Notes under the pieces: generated by a model
Databases searched by the model: none
Told to the model about the DNA's origin: nothing
What the model saw: the letters and a program-made list of their open reading frames with translations, nothing else
Shown: piece by piece, positions 1-11,994 of the stretch
How positions within the stretch are numbered: position 1 is the first letter of the stretch
Layout: each line of letters opens with the position of its first letter
Program-made: the position numbers and the translations under genes
Assembly: GCF_006345805.1 (NCBI RefSeq)
Contig: NC_043010.1
Coordinates: 63,116,001 to 63,180,000, forward strand
Direction of reading: 5' to 3'
DNA length: 64,000 bases
Origin: Octopus sinensis
Taxonomy: Eukaryota

Positions 1-1310
1 TACAGAAGGTAAAATCACTCCAGTTTTGTCGGCTAAGGAAGAAGTTGCCCCAGTTTTGTGAATTGAGGATACTTCAGCTTTGTGGTGTAGTACAGTGGGT
101 TAAGGTTATCCCAGTTTTGTGCTGTAATACAGAAAGCAGAATCACTCCAGTTCTTTGGGCTAAGGAAGATGTTACCCCAGTTTTGTGGTCTACTACAGAA
201 CAGAATCACTCAAGTTTTGTGGGCTAAGGAAGATGTTACCCCAGTTTTGTGGTGTAGTATAGTGGGTTAAGGTTGCCCTTGTTTTATGGTGAAATACAAA
301 AAGCAGAATCATTCTAGTTTTGTGGGCTAAGGAAGTTGTTATCCCAATTTTGTGAACTAAGGACACCCCAGTTTTGTGGTGTAGTATAGTGGGCTTAGAG
401 TACCCCGGTTTAGTGGTGTAATACAGAAGGTAAAATCACTTCAGTTTTGTGGGCTAAGAAAGATGTTACCTCAGTTTTGCGAACTGCGGATACCCAAGTT
501 TTGTGGTGTAGTAAAGTGGGCGAAGGTTACCCCAGTTTTGTGGAATAATACAGAAAGCAGTATTACTCCAGTTTTGTGGACTAAGAAGGATGTTACCCCA
601 GTTTTTGTGGACTGAGGATAACCCAGTTTTCAGATATATAACAGTTTGCAAAAATTAACCTGGTTTTGTGACATAGTACATTAGGTAGAGGTTACCCCAG
701 TTTTGTTGGATTTACAGTGGGTAGATGTTACCATAGTTTTGTAGTATTGTGGTTACCCTTCTTTTGTGGAATATTCATTACAGGGACTTGTGGTTACCCC
801 AGTTTTGAGCTATATTACCGTGGACAGATGTTATCCCACTTTTGTTGTATAGTATAAGGGTAAAGGTTACCCCAATTTTGTGGTATATAACAGTGAGTTC
901 AAGTTACCCCAGTTCTCTGATATAGTACAGTGGGCAGAAATTACCCCAGTTTTCTGGTATAGTACAGTGAACAGATTAACCCATTTTTGTGGTTTAGCAC
1001 AGTAAGCGGAGGTTACCCCTGTTTTGTGGTACAATATATTGGGCTGAAGCTATTCAAGTTTTCTACAGTGGGTTACATTCACCCTAGTTTTGTGGACTGC
1101 AGTTAACCCAATTTTATGATATAAAGCGGTGGTTTGAATTTAACCCACTTTTATAATATATTGGTTTGAATTTAACCCACTTTTATAATATATTGCAGTG
1201 TGTTCAGTTGTCACAATTTTTATGGTATACTTTAGTTGTCTCAAGTGATCCCCATTTTGTGACACAGTAAATTAGATGTGAGTTATCCCAGTTTTGAAAT
1301 ATTCTACAAA
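1..1310. repeat. Degenerate satellite: recurring CCCCAGTTTTGTGG core about every 25-35 bp, with a ~421-bp higher-order period; runs off the left edge
   Basis: The core recurs roughly 40 times with a few recurring spacer types. tacagaaggtaaaatcact is at 1 and 422, tacagaaagcag at 128 and 549 (period 421). A perfect 32-bp tandem duplication lies at 1131-1194. Homogeneity decays to the right. Confidence 0.85.
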
Positions 1311-1826
1311 TGAGTCTAAGACCATCCAATTACGTGTGTGTTTGTTTGCATGCATGCATTCTTGTGAAGATTTACAAATTTCTGATTTGGTACCCAGATG
1401 CACACTTAACCTACAAGGGTGGGTGGGACGCTAAGCTGTCACAAAGGCAACTAACCCAGGAGATGGGGAACTTTAATGATAAAGCCTAAGGTATATTGTT
1501 CAATGAATTTTTGTTGGACATTTGCCCCATGAGTCTGCTATCAACATTTCCAAAATGTGTGGCTGATCCCACAGAAGCCTTCATCATTGAAAACAAATTG
1601 ATTGTGGTCAGTGTGACAGTTGTGATATTAGCTGTTGGGCCTGCAAATACTCTGTAAAGTGGTTGGCGTTAGGAATGGCGCCTAGGTGTAGAAACCATGC
1701 CAAAACATAACGGTACCTGGTGTGGGCCCTGGCCGTATCACCTCCTCTGAAACCATCCAACCCATGGTAGCATGGTAAAGTGACGTTAAATGATGACGAT
1801 GATGATGACAACAAAGACGACGACGA

Positions 1827-2230
1827 TGTATGTATGTATGTATGTATGTATGTGTGTGTATGTATGTATGTATGTATGTGTATGTATGTGTTTGTGTATG
1901 TGTGTATGTATGTGTGTATACATGCATGTATGTATGCATGCATGTATGTGTGTATGTATGTGTGTATGTATGTATGTGCATATATGTATGTGCATGTATG
2001 TATGTGTGTATGTATGTGTGTATGTGTGTGTGTATGTATGTATGTATGCATGTATGTATGCATGTATGTGTGTATGTATGTATGTGTGTATGTATGTGCA
2101 TATATGTGCATGTATGTATGTGTGTATGTATGTGTGTATGTATGTATGTATGTATGTATGTGTGTATGTATGTGTGTATGTGTGTGTGTATGTATGTATG
2201 TGTATGTGTGTGTATGTATGTGCATGTATG
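1827..2230. repeat. Compound (TATG)n/(TG)n microsatellite
   Basis: Read directly. It produces the spurious HT/YVC ORFs. Confidence 0.95.
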
Positions 2231-2508
2231 GGCAGTTATTTGTGTCTCCTTGTCTTGATGTCACATGATAGTTGTAAACAAATCTCACTTCCATACATGT
2301 GGTGTTGTTCACTTCAAGTCTCCCATGAAAGCACGTCCAAGCATGGAGAAATATAACCTTACTCGGAAATAGGTGGGGCTTTGGCAACAGGGAGGGCATC
2401 TGGCCTTAGAATATTTGCCTCAGAGAATTCCGTCTGATCCGTGAAAGCGTGGAAAATGGACATGAAAGCGATAATGATGATGATGATGTTATGTAGATAT
2501 GAGTGTGT

Positions 2509-2567
<59 letters not shown>

Positions 2568-2987
2568 CTTGTATGGATGTGTGTATGTGTTTAGGCAAGG
2601 TAAAAAAAAAAATGTACACTGAGTTGTGTCCCTTTATACCAAAAGCTAAGTCAGTCGTTTGCTGAAATGAAGATTGATAAAATATGATTCAGACTAGAGT
2701 ATGCCCTGGGGTCAATATCGCAGGACAAAACAACTCTTATCAACATTGCTCCAGCATGGCACCATCCAATGAGTGAAACCAGTAACAGAGTTGAAATGGC
2801 CCAGTTGTTAATGTATTTTGATCGAAGGTTCAAATACCTCTGCTGGCATCTTGGTATGTGGCGGTGGGAGGTATGTTAACAGTTAAAGGGTTCTCAACAA
2901 CAACAAAAACAACAACAACAACAATAAATACAGCAATAAGAATGAAATCATGAATGAAAATTGAATAAATTGTTGTTTTTATTCCTC

Positions 2988-3178
2988 ATTGGTCAGCAGA
3001 ATGGACTGCTTCATAGATTTATTAGAAATTGTAACAGAGTGATTGGTCAATCAATTGGAGGTGGGGTTACATTGGATTGGATTGGATTGGATTGGTCAGT
3101 TGAGTTGGTGGGAGGCGGGGTTACATTGAATTGGACTGATCATTTGGCGGGAAAAGTGGAGGAGTCAAACAGGATTGG
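2988..3178. promoter_or_regulatory. Candidate promoter: cluster of CCAAT (ATTGG) boxes, a GC box and an E2F-like site
   Basis: Ten ATTGG occur in 190 bp (five of them tandem at 3071-3095), with gggaggcgggg at 3110-3120 and tttggcgggaaaa at 3143-3155. Confidence 0.4.
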
Positions 3179-3999
3179 TTGAATATATATATAGTCTTGT
3201 AGTTAACACACATCCACACACATACAATCACATACAATCACACACACACTCAAAGACACATACAGACACACACACACAAGCACATACACACATGTATTTA
3301 TTTATCTTTGTAACAGATCTTAACTGTAGACTGAGAGGGTAAAACTTTTCACATCATGCCATGGTGTTCAGTTGAGCCACTGACATAGTGTTCAATGTCA
3401 ATGATTAGTGATAGGGCCCCTTAAATCTATCATATATCTATAGAAGTTTTGACAGGGTCTAGCAATAACCTTAATAGAGAAAGAAAGATAGATAGATGGC
3501 TAGATAGAGAGATAGAGAGAGAGAGAGATAGACAGACAGACAGATGCGTAACTGATACTTTATTTATCGACCCTGAAAGGATGAAAGGCAAAGTCAACCT
3601 TGGCAGAATTTGAACTCAGAACGTAACGGCAGACAAAATACCACTAAGCATTTCGCCTGGTGTACTAACGATTCTGCCAGCTCACCGCCTTAAGAGACAC
3701 TCATCTAGCACCTCTTAACTCTTTCTCTGTCTCTCTTTTACTCTGTCTTTCTCTCTCTCTTGCTCTCTATCTCTATACAATGCAAAGCATAACTGGAGAA
3801 ATCAACCAACCAACCAACCAACATGATATCTGCTGTTATTATTATAGACATATCTCACAGTATATCATGTGTTGATCACATTCTCATTCAGGATATCATA
3901 GCATCACATCATTCATCGTTTCCCATTGGCTCATTTATTTCAGTGAAAGAAATCTTCTTGGTGTAACAGCACAGGATTGCTTCAAGTTCTGCTGTTCGT

Positions 4000-4215
4000 T
4001 TAAACCTTTCGTTACCAACCCGGCTGAAACCGCCTCTGGCTCTGAGTACAAATGTCTTGTTTTCATAAGTTTTGAATTAAATTCTTCCACCAAAACTTAG
4101 TCACAATTTATGTTCCTAACACTAGCTGAATGATAACTAAGTTATTTTACTAAAGTCTTTGTTATATTTAAAATTAATTGAAAGAAACACAGAAATATGG
4201 TAAGAAAAGGGTTAA
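4000..4215. mobile_element. piggyBac-like MITE (TTAA-flanked)
   Basis: ttaa-acctttc...aaaagggttaa ends; same family as 41062-41291 and 42916-43145. Confidence 0.7.
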
Positions 4216-4470
4216 TATTATTAAATATCTTACACAGGACACACACAAACATGGTTTCCTGATCTCACATCTTGAAGGACTTCGGGATTCAGCCAGCCAT
4301 CCAGCCACCCATTCACCCAGCTACCTGTACATTGCTGCCATCTTAACATGCACATAGAACAATGCAACTTACTTATGCTGACCACAGACTCTATATTATT
4401 GGATTATCTATAAACCAACCTATTTCTCTTTCTCTTTGCATGTGTACATGTGTGTGTACACTCATCATAC

Positions 4471-4576
4471 CTGTCTAAATAGCAAATGCTGCATTTATCA
4501 TTTAAACAGGTCTGACAAATATAGGATCTTTCTTTGGACCACTTCGGGTCTGCTTCTTACACGAAGCCCCTGCAGC
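4471..4576 (-). other. Candidate 106-bp exon of an unidentified minus-strand gene
   Basis: Unique sequence with acceptor tttattcatatgcag| and donor ACAG|gtatga. An ATG near its 3' end (MQHLLFRQ) stays open to the donor. There is no homology evidence. Confidence 0.3.
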
Positions 4577-4859
4577 CTGCATATGAATAAACATGTAATA
4601 CCTTTTAATAAGTAAATACGTGTGTGTGTGTGAATATATAATAAACAATTAAAAAACAGGTGCATTCTCACCTGAGAATTCGGCATTTTTTATGCTAATT
4701 GTAAATTTATTTCTCTCTCTCTCTCTCTCTTTCATATGTGTTTATCTTCTGAGAATATTTAATTAATGTATCTATTTGTGTGTCTATATGTATATATGTA
4801 TATATGTTTTCTTATATATATATCAAGACTAACTGTTTACTTGTTTTACTCTCTCTCTC

Positions 4860-4943
<84 letters not shown>

Positions 4944-5115
4944 AAATAATTAAAGGGCGGGCAGCAGGCTGCCTCGCCGCATACCGGAGGAATTAGAAAT
5001 GGCAGTCAAAGACTGTTTTTTCCATTTTCTATAAGTGGATTTTCCAAATACGACGAACCCTGCGATTCACATACGCAAAAAACGGAGTGGCAAATAAACG
5101 AAACCAATCTCTTAC

Positions 5116-5230
5116 CGTTAATGATGAACATGTTTCTAGATCACAAGCACGAAAATAGCTTGATTTCCTTTATCAACACCATATTCGATAGATTTAGTAA
5201 ATGCCACAAGCCCTCACTTCTGACCAAGTA
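5116..5230 (-). other. Candidate upstream (non-coding) exon in a CpG-containing unique segment
   Basis: Donor ACG|gtaaga at 5116/5115; CpG-rich unique DNA at about 4960-5230. The 5' boundary is unknown. Confidence 0.25.
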
Positions 5231-5559
5231 TATATATATACCATGTCCTCGCATTGTCGTTTTTTCCTGTGTTTTTTCTTCAATTTTTGGGATTAATTAT
5301 ATATACGTATATATACCCACACACACATGTGTACGAATGTATATATATATACATGTTTCTATGTATGTGATGGTAGACAGTCATAATCCAAGGAAGATAA
5401 TGAAATATGCTTTCATTGCCTGTGAATGAGCATCTGAGTTCTGAGACCAAAATCAGTTGCTCAGACAGAGCCATAAGTGGAGAATGGAACATTTTGTGAA
5501 CAAGAAGGAAAGGAAGATTTTCTCTGTCTCTCAAATCTTGCCTAGAAGTGCTGCGATCA

Positions 5560-5900
5560 CCCCTCAGCTCAAATGTTGACTAATTCCTTGAAGCTCCAGT
5601 GGGCCACTCACATAAGAATACACCCATGGTCCCGTATTCATATGATTACAGTTTAGGGCCCAATTCAGGTAGAATTTGAGGTTCCCCTTGAGCCTCTTCT
5701 TTGAGTAATCCTAGGGCTAAATTGCCATGCTCCAGTTCTCCATAGAATGGCTGTTGCTGCATCATGGAGCCATTCTGATGGATCAAGTGATCTGTCTGTC
5801 TGAGCTGAGCTTTGGTAATCCTCTCCTTGATGCTTGTTGGTTCTGTTTACAATGGTGAGGTTGGAGATACGGCTGCGCTTGGGAATTTCTATGTTGGATC
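5560..5900 (-). mobile_element. Decayed RTE-clade LINE 3' ORF fragment
   Basis: The minus strand translates SIKERITKAQLRQTDHLIHQNGSMMQQQPFYGELEHG, then after a frameshift KKRLKGNLKFYL. This matches the RTE C-terminal pattern SIE..L.K.QLRW.GH..RM...PKQLFYGEL..G.R...KKR.KD.LK. Confidence 0.6.
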
Positions 5901-6741
5901 ACAGGTTGAGTGGAGGACTGTGAAAAGGCTCTGGCCATTTTGACATTTGTATGATACATCATCACAGTCATTATCAACACCACCACAATTTTCATATTTT
6001 AAAGTAATTCTAAATTAAAACTTCTCACCAGGATTTCATGTTTAAAAAGCAAAGTCCCTGGAATTTTTTGAAAGGAGGGTACAAGGCTGGAAGAGAATAC
6101 AATTCCACGAGAAAAAGGGTATAATAACATTATTTAGAAGGGTGCACTTCTTTTCTTGAGTGGAACACATTCCCCTCAGGCCCTCTCTTTTGGTCTGCCC
6201 CTGTTTAATTATGCTCCCAAAGTTTTTGTTTAATAATGTGGTGAAACTGATCCTTCTAAGGTCACTCGAAAACAACAACAACAACAACACACTGTATCAT
6301 CTGTCTTACGGCTGATCTCTTGTTGATGTTTGACCCTAGGACAGCAACGTTCAAGCAGCCATATGATCAGGAGACATTCTAGCCATGACCGTCCTGAGTA
6401 ATTTCTATATTAGGGAATATATTATCCAATGTGTCCGTCCTTTTTTTAGGACAGTAGGGTAAGATTTGAGGAACATTTGGCTATTGTTTTTGGCAGATCA
6501 AGCAATCATACCGAGGCATTTTTGTGAGCTTGATCACTCAACCGGTTCAGTATGAGTGGAGCAAGTTGTCAACCTAGCAGACTGAGGCAAGCATTTGCTA
6601 TATACCTTTATGCCACAACAACCAGCACAATGGCCTTGGGACAATTCCAGTCGATGACCTAATGGGGAGTAATCCAGCTTCTGGGTCTGTTTCTTGTATG
6701 CAGGGGACAGGACACAACCCCAGGGTTTGTCTTCTGTGAGC

Positions 6742-7115
6742 AGAGGACGGGACAAGATGGTAGGACAGCTGCAGGACATGTGACAGCTACAAATATTTAG
6801 ATTGATAAAATACCAGACAACTTTGGTAAGCCTGAGGCTATAGTAGAAGACACTTGCCCAAGGTGCCATGCAGTGGGACTGAACCCGGAACCATGTGGTT
6901 GGTAAGTAAGCTACTCATCACACAGCCACTTCTACACCTATATGCACAATTTTGTGTTAACTCCTATTAGCAAATGAAACATGTGTAATGGTGAATAAGT
7001 AATATCAAACATTTTTCAATCTCTTCTTTTGATTCAAAATATAGATATCAGTGATTTTCAACCATATTTTATTTATGGACCCTTTTAATACCTATTTTAT
7101 TCCGATGGACCCCAC
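6742..7115 (+). repeat. Local direct duplication, copy 1 (copy 2 at 9938-10310)
   Basis: About 370 bp spanning unique DNA, a SINE-B fragment and the start of a hAT MITE; roughly 90% identical by eye. Confidence 0.9.
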
Positions 7116-8419
7116 ACACAGCCACTTCTACCCCCTTGATATGGTTGAAGTGTAACCAATTTTATTGCATGTAAATTTTAACAACAAAGTCTTACACGGA
7201 TCCCCAAGGGTCATATGAACCCTGGCCTAGTATTTCCAGTATTAAATGGAGGTGAGATAAATCTCCACCTGGATGAATGACAGCCTCTCACAGATTGCTT
7301 TTCCCAAGCAGGAAAAAATACTACTCTGCAATAATAACTAACAAATCACTCATCCTATCAACAGAGGTGCCACTGCTCGGGGCTGTGGGTCGTTCCATCT
7401 GCATGGTACCTATCTACAGCCAGGTAAACTGGGCTGTTTGAAGGTTAAACTTACCTCACCACCCAAAAATACCCGGAGCCAAAGACAGAACAGAAACTGC
7501 TGGCCACCACACTCCTGGCTGCCCATCATCCCACTATCCTCTTGGTCATGCCCCGCTGTCCTTACAAAGTGCTTCTTTCACTGATTTGTTATTAGACTGT
7601 GGCCATGCTGGGGCATGGCACTCAAGGGTCGTAGCTTATATCAGTGAAGTTGCATGGCTTGCGGTTAGTGTATTCGCCTCACGAGTTCAATTCCTGGATG
7701 GACAAGATGTTTTATTTCACATTGCCCCAGTTCACCCAGTTGGAAAAAATGAGTTATACCAGTAATACAAAGGGGCCAGTTTTGGCACATTCTGTGTCAC
7801 ACTGAATCTCCTCTCATAACTATGTTCACAGTACACACGTGTCTGTAGAGTGCTCGGCCACTTGCATGTTAATTTCATGAGCAGGCTGTTCTGTTGATCG
7901 AACAAACTGGAACCCTCATCGAGTGACCAGCCTCATCATTCACCAGAGACAAAATGTAAAAGAAACGTTTGGCATAAAGGGAGATAAACAGCCATGAGTG
8001 CTGCAGTCCAGCTTCTGGTACAAACATTATCCTTTGATGGTAGTGCAATCTTGTAGGATGAGAATGCAGTGATTTACAGGGTAATCATCATCATCATCAT
8101 CGTTTAATGTCCGTTTTTCATTGTAGCATGGGTTGGATGGTTCGACCAGGGTCTGGGAAGCCAGGAGGCTGCACCAGGCTCCAGTCTGATCTGGCAGTGT
8201 TTCTACAGCTGGATGCCCTTCCTAATGCCAACCACTCCATGAGTATAGTGGGTGCTTTTTATGTGCCACCAGCACAGGTGCCAGGGGAGGCTGGCAACAG
8301 CCATGATCGGTTGATGCTTTTTACGTACCACCAGCCCGGAAGCCAGCCAAGGTGGCACTCGTTATTCAAAATTGGCAAGATGAACACAAGAGTAAAGAAG
8401 ACCACTTGAACAGGAACCC

Positions 8420-8596
8420 CCAGTCATAGGATCTTAATATAACTGAACATTTATGGTGCATCAAAAGTTCTTAGCTTGTATGAGCCAATACCTCAGGGTA
8501 TTAAAGCTATGGTTGATGCCAAAGGTGGACCTGTCCTGTATTAAATAATTAAATTTCCATTTAACAAGGTATTCTCATTTTTTGTCCATCCCCTGA
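8420..8596 (+). mobile_element. Possible Tc1 transposon 3' remnant
   Basis: Translates IPQGIKAMVDAKGGPVLY* (Tc1-like C-terminus), followed by a TIR-like ttttgtccatcccctg. Confidence 0.45.
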
Positions 8597-8830
8597 ATAT
8601 GTGTGTGTGTGTGTCTATTTTTTTCAAGTTGAGGCACTAATACATTATTTACATTATTTACATTTGACAGATATTTGCCCTCATCTTTGTTGTTGAGAAG
8701 CAGCACATGTGCTAGGACACAACAACCTCCTAAGCAGGCCAAGTGCAGAAATGAATAGCATATGGGAACTGGTATTAAGGAAGGATAGGAAAATATTAGA
8801 TTTATAAGCCCTAAAAATTCACTCCATAAT

Positions 8831-9057
8831 TGGCATAATGGTTAAGAGAGCAGGCTACTAACCCCAAGATTCCGAGTTCAATTCCAGCCAGTGACTTGAA
8901 TAAAAACAATAATAATAACATGGAAAAATACCTTAGGAATGAGAACCCAGGTTCGAAATTTCCCCAAGATAGCTGATGAAAGTTGGAGGGTATATCAGCT
9001 GAAATGTGTTAATAACAAACAAGATGAGGACAAATATCTGTCAAATGTAAATAATGT
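8831..9057 (+). mobile_element. tRNA-headed SINE (family E) with a hammerhead-like core in its 3' part
   Basis: A box tggcataatgg, B box gagttcaattcc, an (aat)n linker, then CTGATGA-a-agttg/cagct stem-GAAA at 8973-9004. An inverted copy of the tail lies at 8642-8692. Confidence 0.7.
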
Positions 9058-9937
9058 ACATAATTCCTCATCTCTTAAATATAGAACTGTGTTGAGGCAT
9101 TAATCTTTCACTGATCTTGAGTTACCCATTTCTTATTTCTCAAGTTTCCTTCAAGACTGAAAGAATCATGAACCTCAGCATAGTGAATGATTGCAAATTG
9201 CTTCGAGTGAATGAATGAAAAAAAAATACTCCATGACATGCATCGAATACTTTACTCTTTCAAATATATATCCAAACACACATACACATACACACACATA
9301 TTATATAGACTGGGTTAAAATCCAACATCTGCTTATTTCAGAATTCCAAATCCTTATGTAGATATTATAACAGTGTGAGCGATGCATGAGCTGAAAATTC
9401 TGGAAAACAGTTTTTGCAGAGAGAGAGAGAGAATTAAACATTGATGTAATATTCTTTTCTACTCTAGGCACAAAGACTGAAATTTTGTTTTGGTGGGGGC
9501 ATTTGGTTAGATCAACCCCTGTATGTAACTGGTTCTTCATTTATCAACCCTGAAAATTGAAAAGCAAAGTCGACCTCAGCGGAATTTGAACTCAGAATGT
9601 AAAGACAGATGAAATACCTATTTCTTTACTACCCACAAGGGGCTAAACACAGAGGAGACAAACGGATTAAGTCGGTTAGTTTGACCCCAGCACGTAACTG
9701 GTACTTAATTTATCGACCCCGAAAGGATGAAAGGCAAAGCTGACCTTGGTGGAATTTGAACTCAGAACGTAGTGGCAGACGAAATATGGCTACGTATGTT
9801 GGGGGGACAAACACAGACACACAAACATATACACGCGCATACATATATACGACGGGCTTCTTTCAGTATCCGTCTACCAAATCCACTCACAAGGCTTTGG
9901 TCAGCCTGAGGCTATCATAGAAGACACTCGTCCAAGG

Positions 9938-10310
9938 AGAGGATAGGGCAAGATGGTAGGACAGCTGCAGGACATGTGACAGCTACAAATATCTAGATTG
10001 GTAAAATACCAGACAACTTTGGTAAGCCCGAGGCTATCAGAGAAGACACTCGTCCAAGGTGCCATGCAGTGAGACTGAACCCAGAACCATGTGGTTTGTA
10101 AGCAAGCTACTCACCACACAGTCATTTCTACACCTATATGCACAATTTTGTGTTTACTCCTATTAGCAAACGAAACATGTGTAATGGTAAATAAGTAATA
10201 TCAAACATTTTCAATCTCTTGTTTTGATTCAAAATATAAATATCAGTGATTTTCAACCATATATTATTTATGGACCCTTTTAATACCTATTTTATTCTGA
10301 TGGGCCCCAC
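9938..10310 (+). repeat. Local direct duplication, copy 2 of 6742-7115
   Basis: The same composite sequence is joined inside a SINE-B copy at gaagacactcgtccaagg. Confidence 0.9.
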
Positions 10311-10495
10311 GAGCCATAGAATGCTTAAAGACTCCTATTAAATTTTTTAATTGTATATTATTAGGAATTTTATAAGAAAATTGTTAAAATATTTTGTGTA
10401 TTGTAAAAAAAAAAGTATAATCAAATTTATTGCACATTAATTTTAACATTTTATATGGACCCCTAAAGGTCATAAGTACCTTGGTTGAAAACTAC
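10244..10495. mobile_element. hAT (Charlie/MER5-like) MITE
   Basis: cagtgattttcaacc ... ggttgaaaactac termini; family members start at 7049, 14343, 19185 and 39481. Confidence 0.65.
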
Positions 10496-10501
10496 CCTGG
10501 C

Positions 10502-10566
<65 letters not shown>

Positions 10567-11017
10567 TATACATATACATATATGTATACATATATATATA
10601 TACATGTATGTATGTATGTATGTATGTATGTATGTATGTATGTATGTATACACACACATGTATGTATGAAGCATTCAGCTCTCCCATGACCCTGTGTATA
10701 TGACTGTGTGACTGTATATTTATGCTTGATAATGATGATGTTGTTGTTGATGATGATGCTCAGTGTCAAAATGCTGCTCTAAGTCCGTACTTTGTTCACT
10801 CCACTGTATACAGAGGTTGAGATTGTGCAACCCCGAAGCAGCCCTTCCCAAATGGTCACCTGACCTACCACTCGTCACGTGACACAAGCAGCCTTCCAAT
10901 CCAACGTGACATGATGCATAATGGATGAATCAATACATTTATTTCCTGAACCCAAAATCATCATTTAACATCCATTATTATTATTATTATTATTATTAGT
11001 AGTAGTAGTAGTAGTAG

Positions 11018-11396
11018 TATCAAAGAAGCTTGAGAGGCAGTTGGATGGAACCTACACTCGCCTCCTTTCGAGAGCTCAAAATCTCTCGTGGAAGCGTCAT
11101 CCAACCAAAGTACAAATATATGGGAAACTACCACCTGTGTCATCTCTTGTGAAAGGTAGGAGAGTCCAGTTTGCTGGACATTGTTGTAGAGCTGAAAACG
11201 AGGCAATTTCTACTCTTCTCCTCTGGAAGCCATCTACTCGCAATACCAGAGGGCGCACACTCTCCTACCCTGATATAATCTCCAGGGATACAGGCATCCA
11301 GCAACAGGACCTCCGTAATGCTATGGTGGACCGTGAAGTCTGGCGTAGCATGGTAAATTCCATTGTCTCGACCATGGTCGAACAATGATGATGATG
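11018..11396 (+). mobile_element. 5'-truncated RTE-clade LINE (3' end of ORF plus (TGA)n tail)
   Basis: ORF 11041-11388 contains RRVQFAGHCCRA and DREVWRS (RTE C-terminal motifs) and ends in tgatgatg. A near-identical copy lies at 47663-48071. Confidence 0.85.
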
Positions 11397-11922
11397 AGTA
11401 GTACCAAAGTGGTGAGCTAGTAGAATCATTAGCAATTTTGGATAAAATGCTGAGGGGCATTTTGTCCATCTGTTATATATGTGTGTGTGTGTGTATTTGT
11501 TCAAATTCTGCCAAAGTCGACTGCTTTTTATCTTTCTCAGGGTCGATAAATATCAATTGAGTGGGATGGGGCGTTTCCAATGCAATCAACTTACTCCCCC
11601 CCTTGCCCTTAATTGCTGGCCATGCGCCAAAATTCGTAAGCATTATCATTATTATTGTTGTTGTTGTTGTTGTTGTTAAGACAGCAAAATAGCCGAATCA
11701 TTAGCACATCAGACAAAATACCTGGTGGTATTTTGTCTGACTCTTTACATTCTGAGTTCAAATTCCACCAAAGTCAATTTTTGCCTTTCACCATTTCAGG
11801 GTCAAAAAGAAAAAACCAAGTACTGGTCAAGTAGTGGTGTTGATGTAATTGCTTAACCCCACAGGCTGCTGACCTTGCATTAAAATTTGAAACAATTAAT
11901 ATTTATTTATTTATTTTTTTCA

Positions 11923-11994
11923 GGTATATGGCATAGTGGTTAAGAGCGCGGGCTACTAACCCCAAGATTCCGAGTTCGATTCCAGGAAGTGACC
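11923..11994 (+). mobile_element. tRNA-like head of SINE family E (head only; not a functional tRNA)
   Basis: A box tggcatagtgg, B box gagttcgattcc and an anticodon-like loop ctACTaa are present, but the acceptor stem does not pair. It is followed by (taa)n and has the same head as 8831. Confidence 0.7.

Noticed and set aside
1-1310. CRISPR-like repeat/spacer array
   Set aside because: The context is eukaryotic, the spacers recur rather than being unique, the core is short and degenerate, and no cas genes are present. It is a satellite.
1470-1650. ~55-codon open stretch (VFAGPTANITTVTL...) as an exon
   Set aside because: The apparent acceptor is SINE-derived, the frame ends in a stop, and I recognise no motif.
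1608-2399. Long HT/YVC-repeat ORFs (also at 10.4, 31.4-32.0, 34.1-34.6, 36.3-36.9, 46.6-47.3 and 48.9-49.6 kb)
   Set aside because: They are translations of stop-free (TATG/CA/TA)n microsatellites.
11923-11994. tRNA-Ser(ACT) gene
   Set aside because: The acceptor stem does not pair and the same head begins the SINE at 8831.
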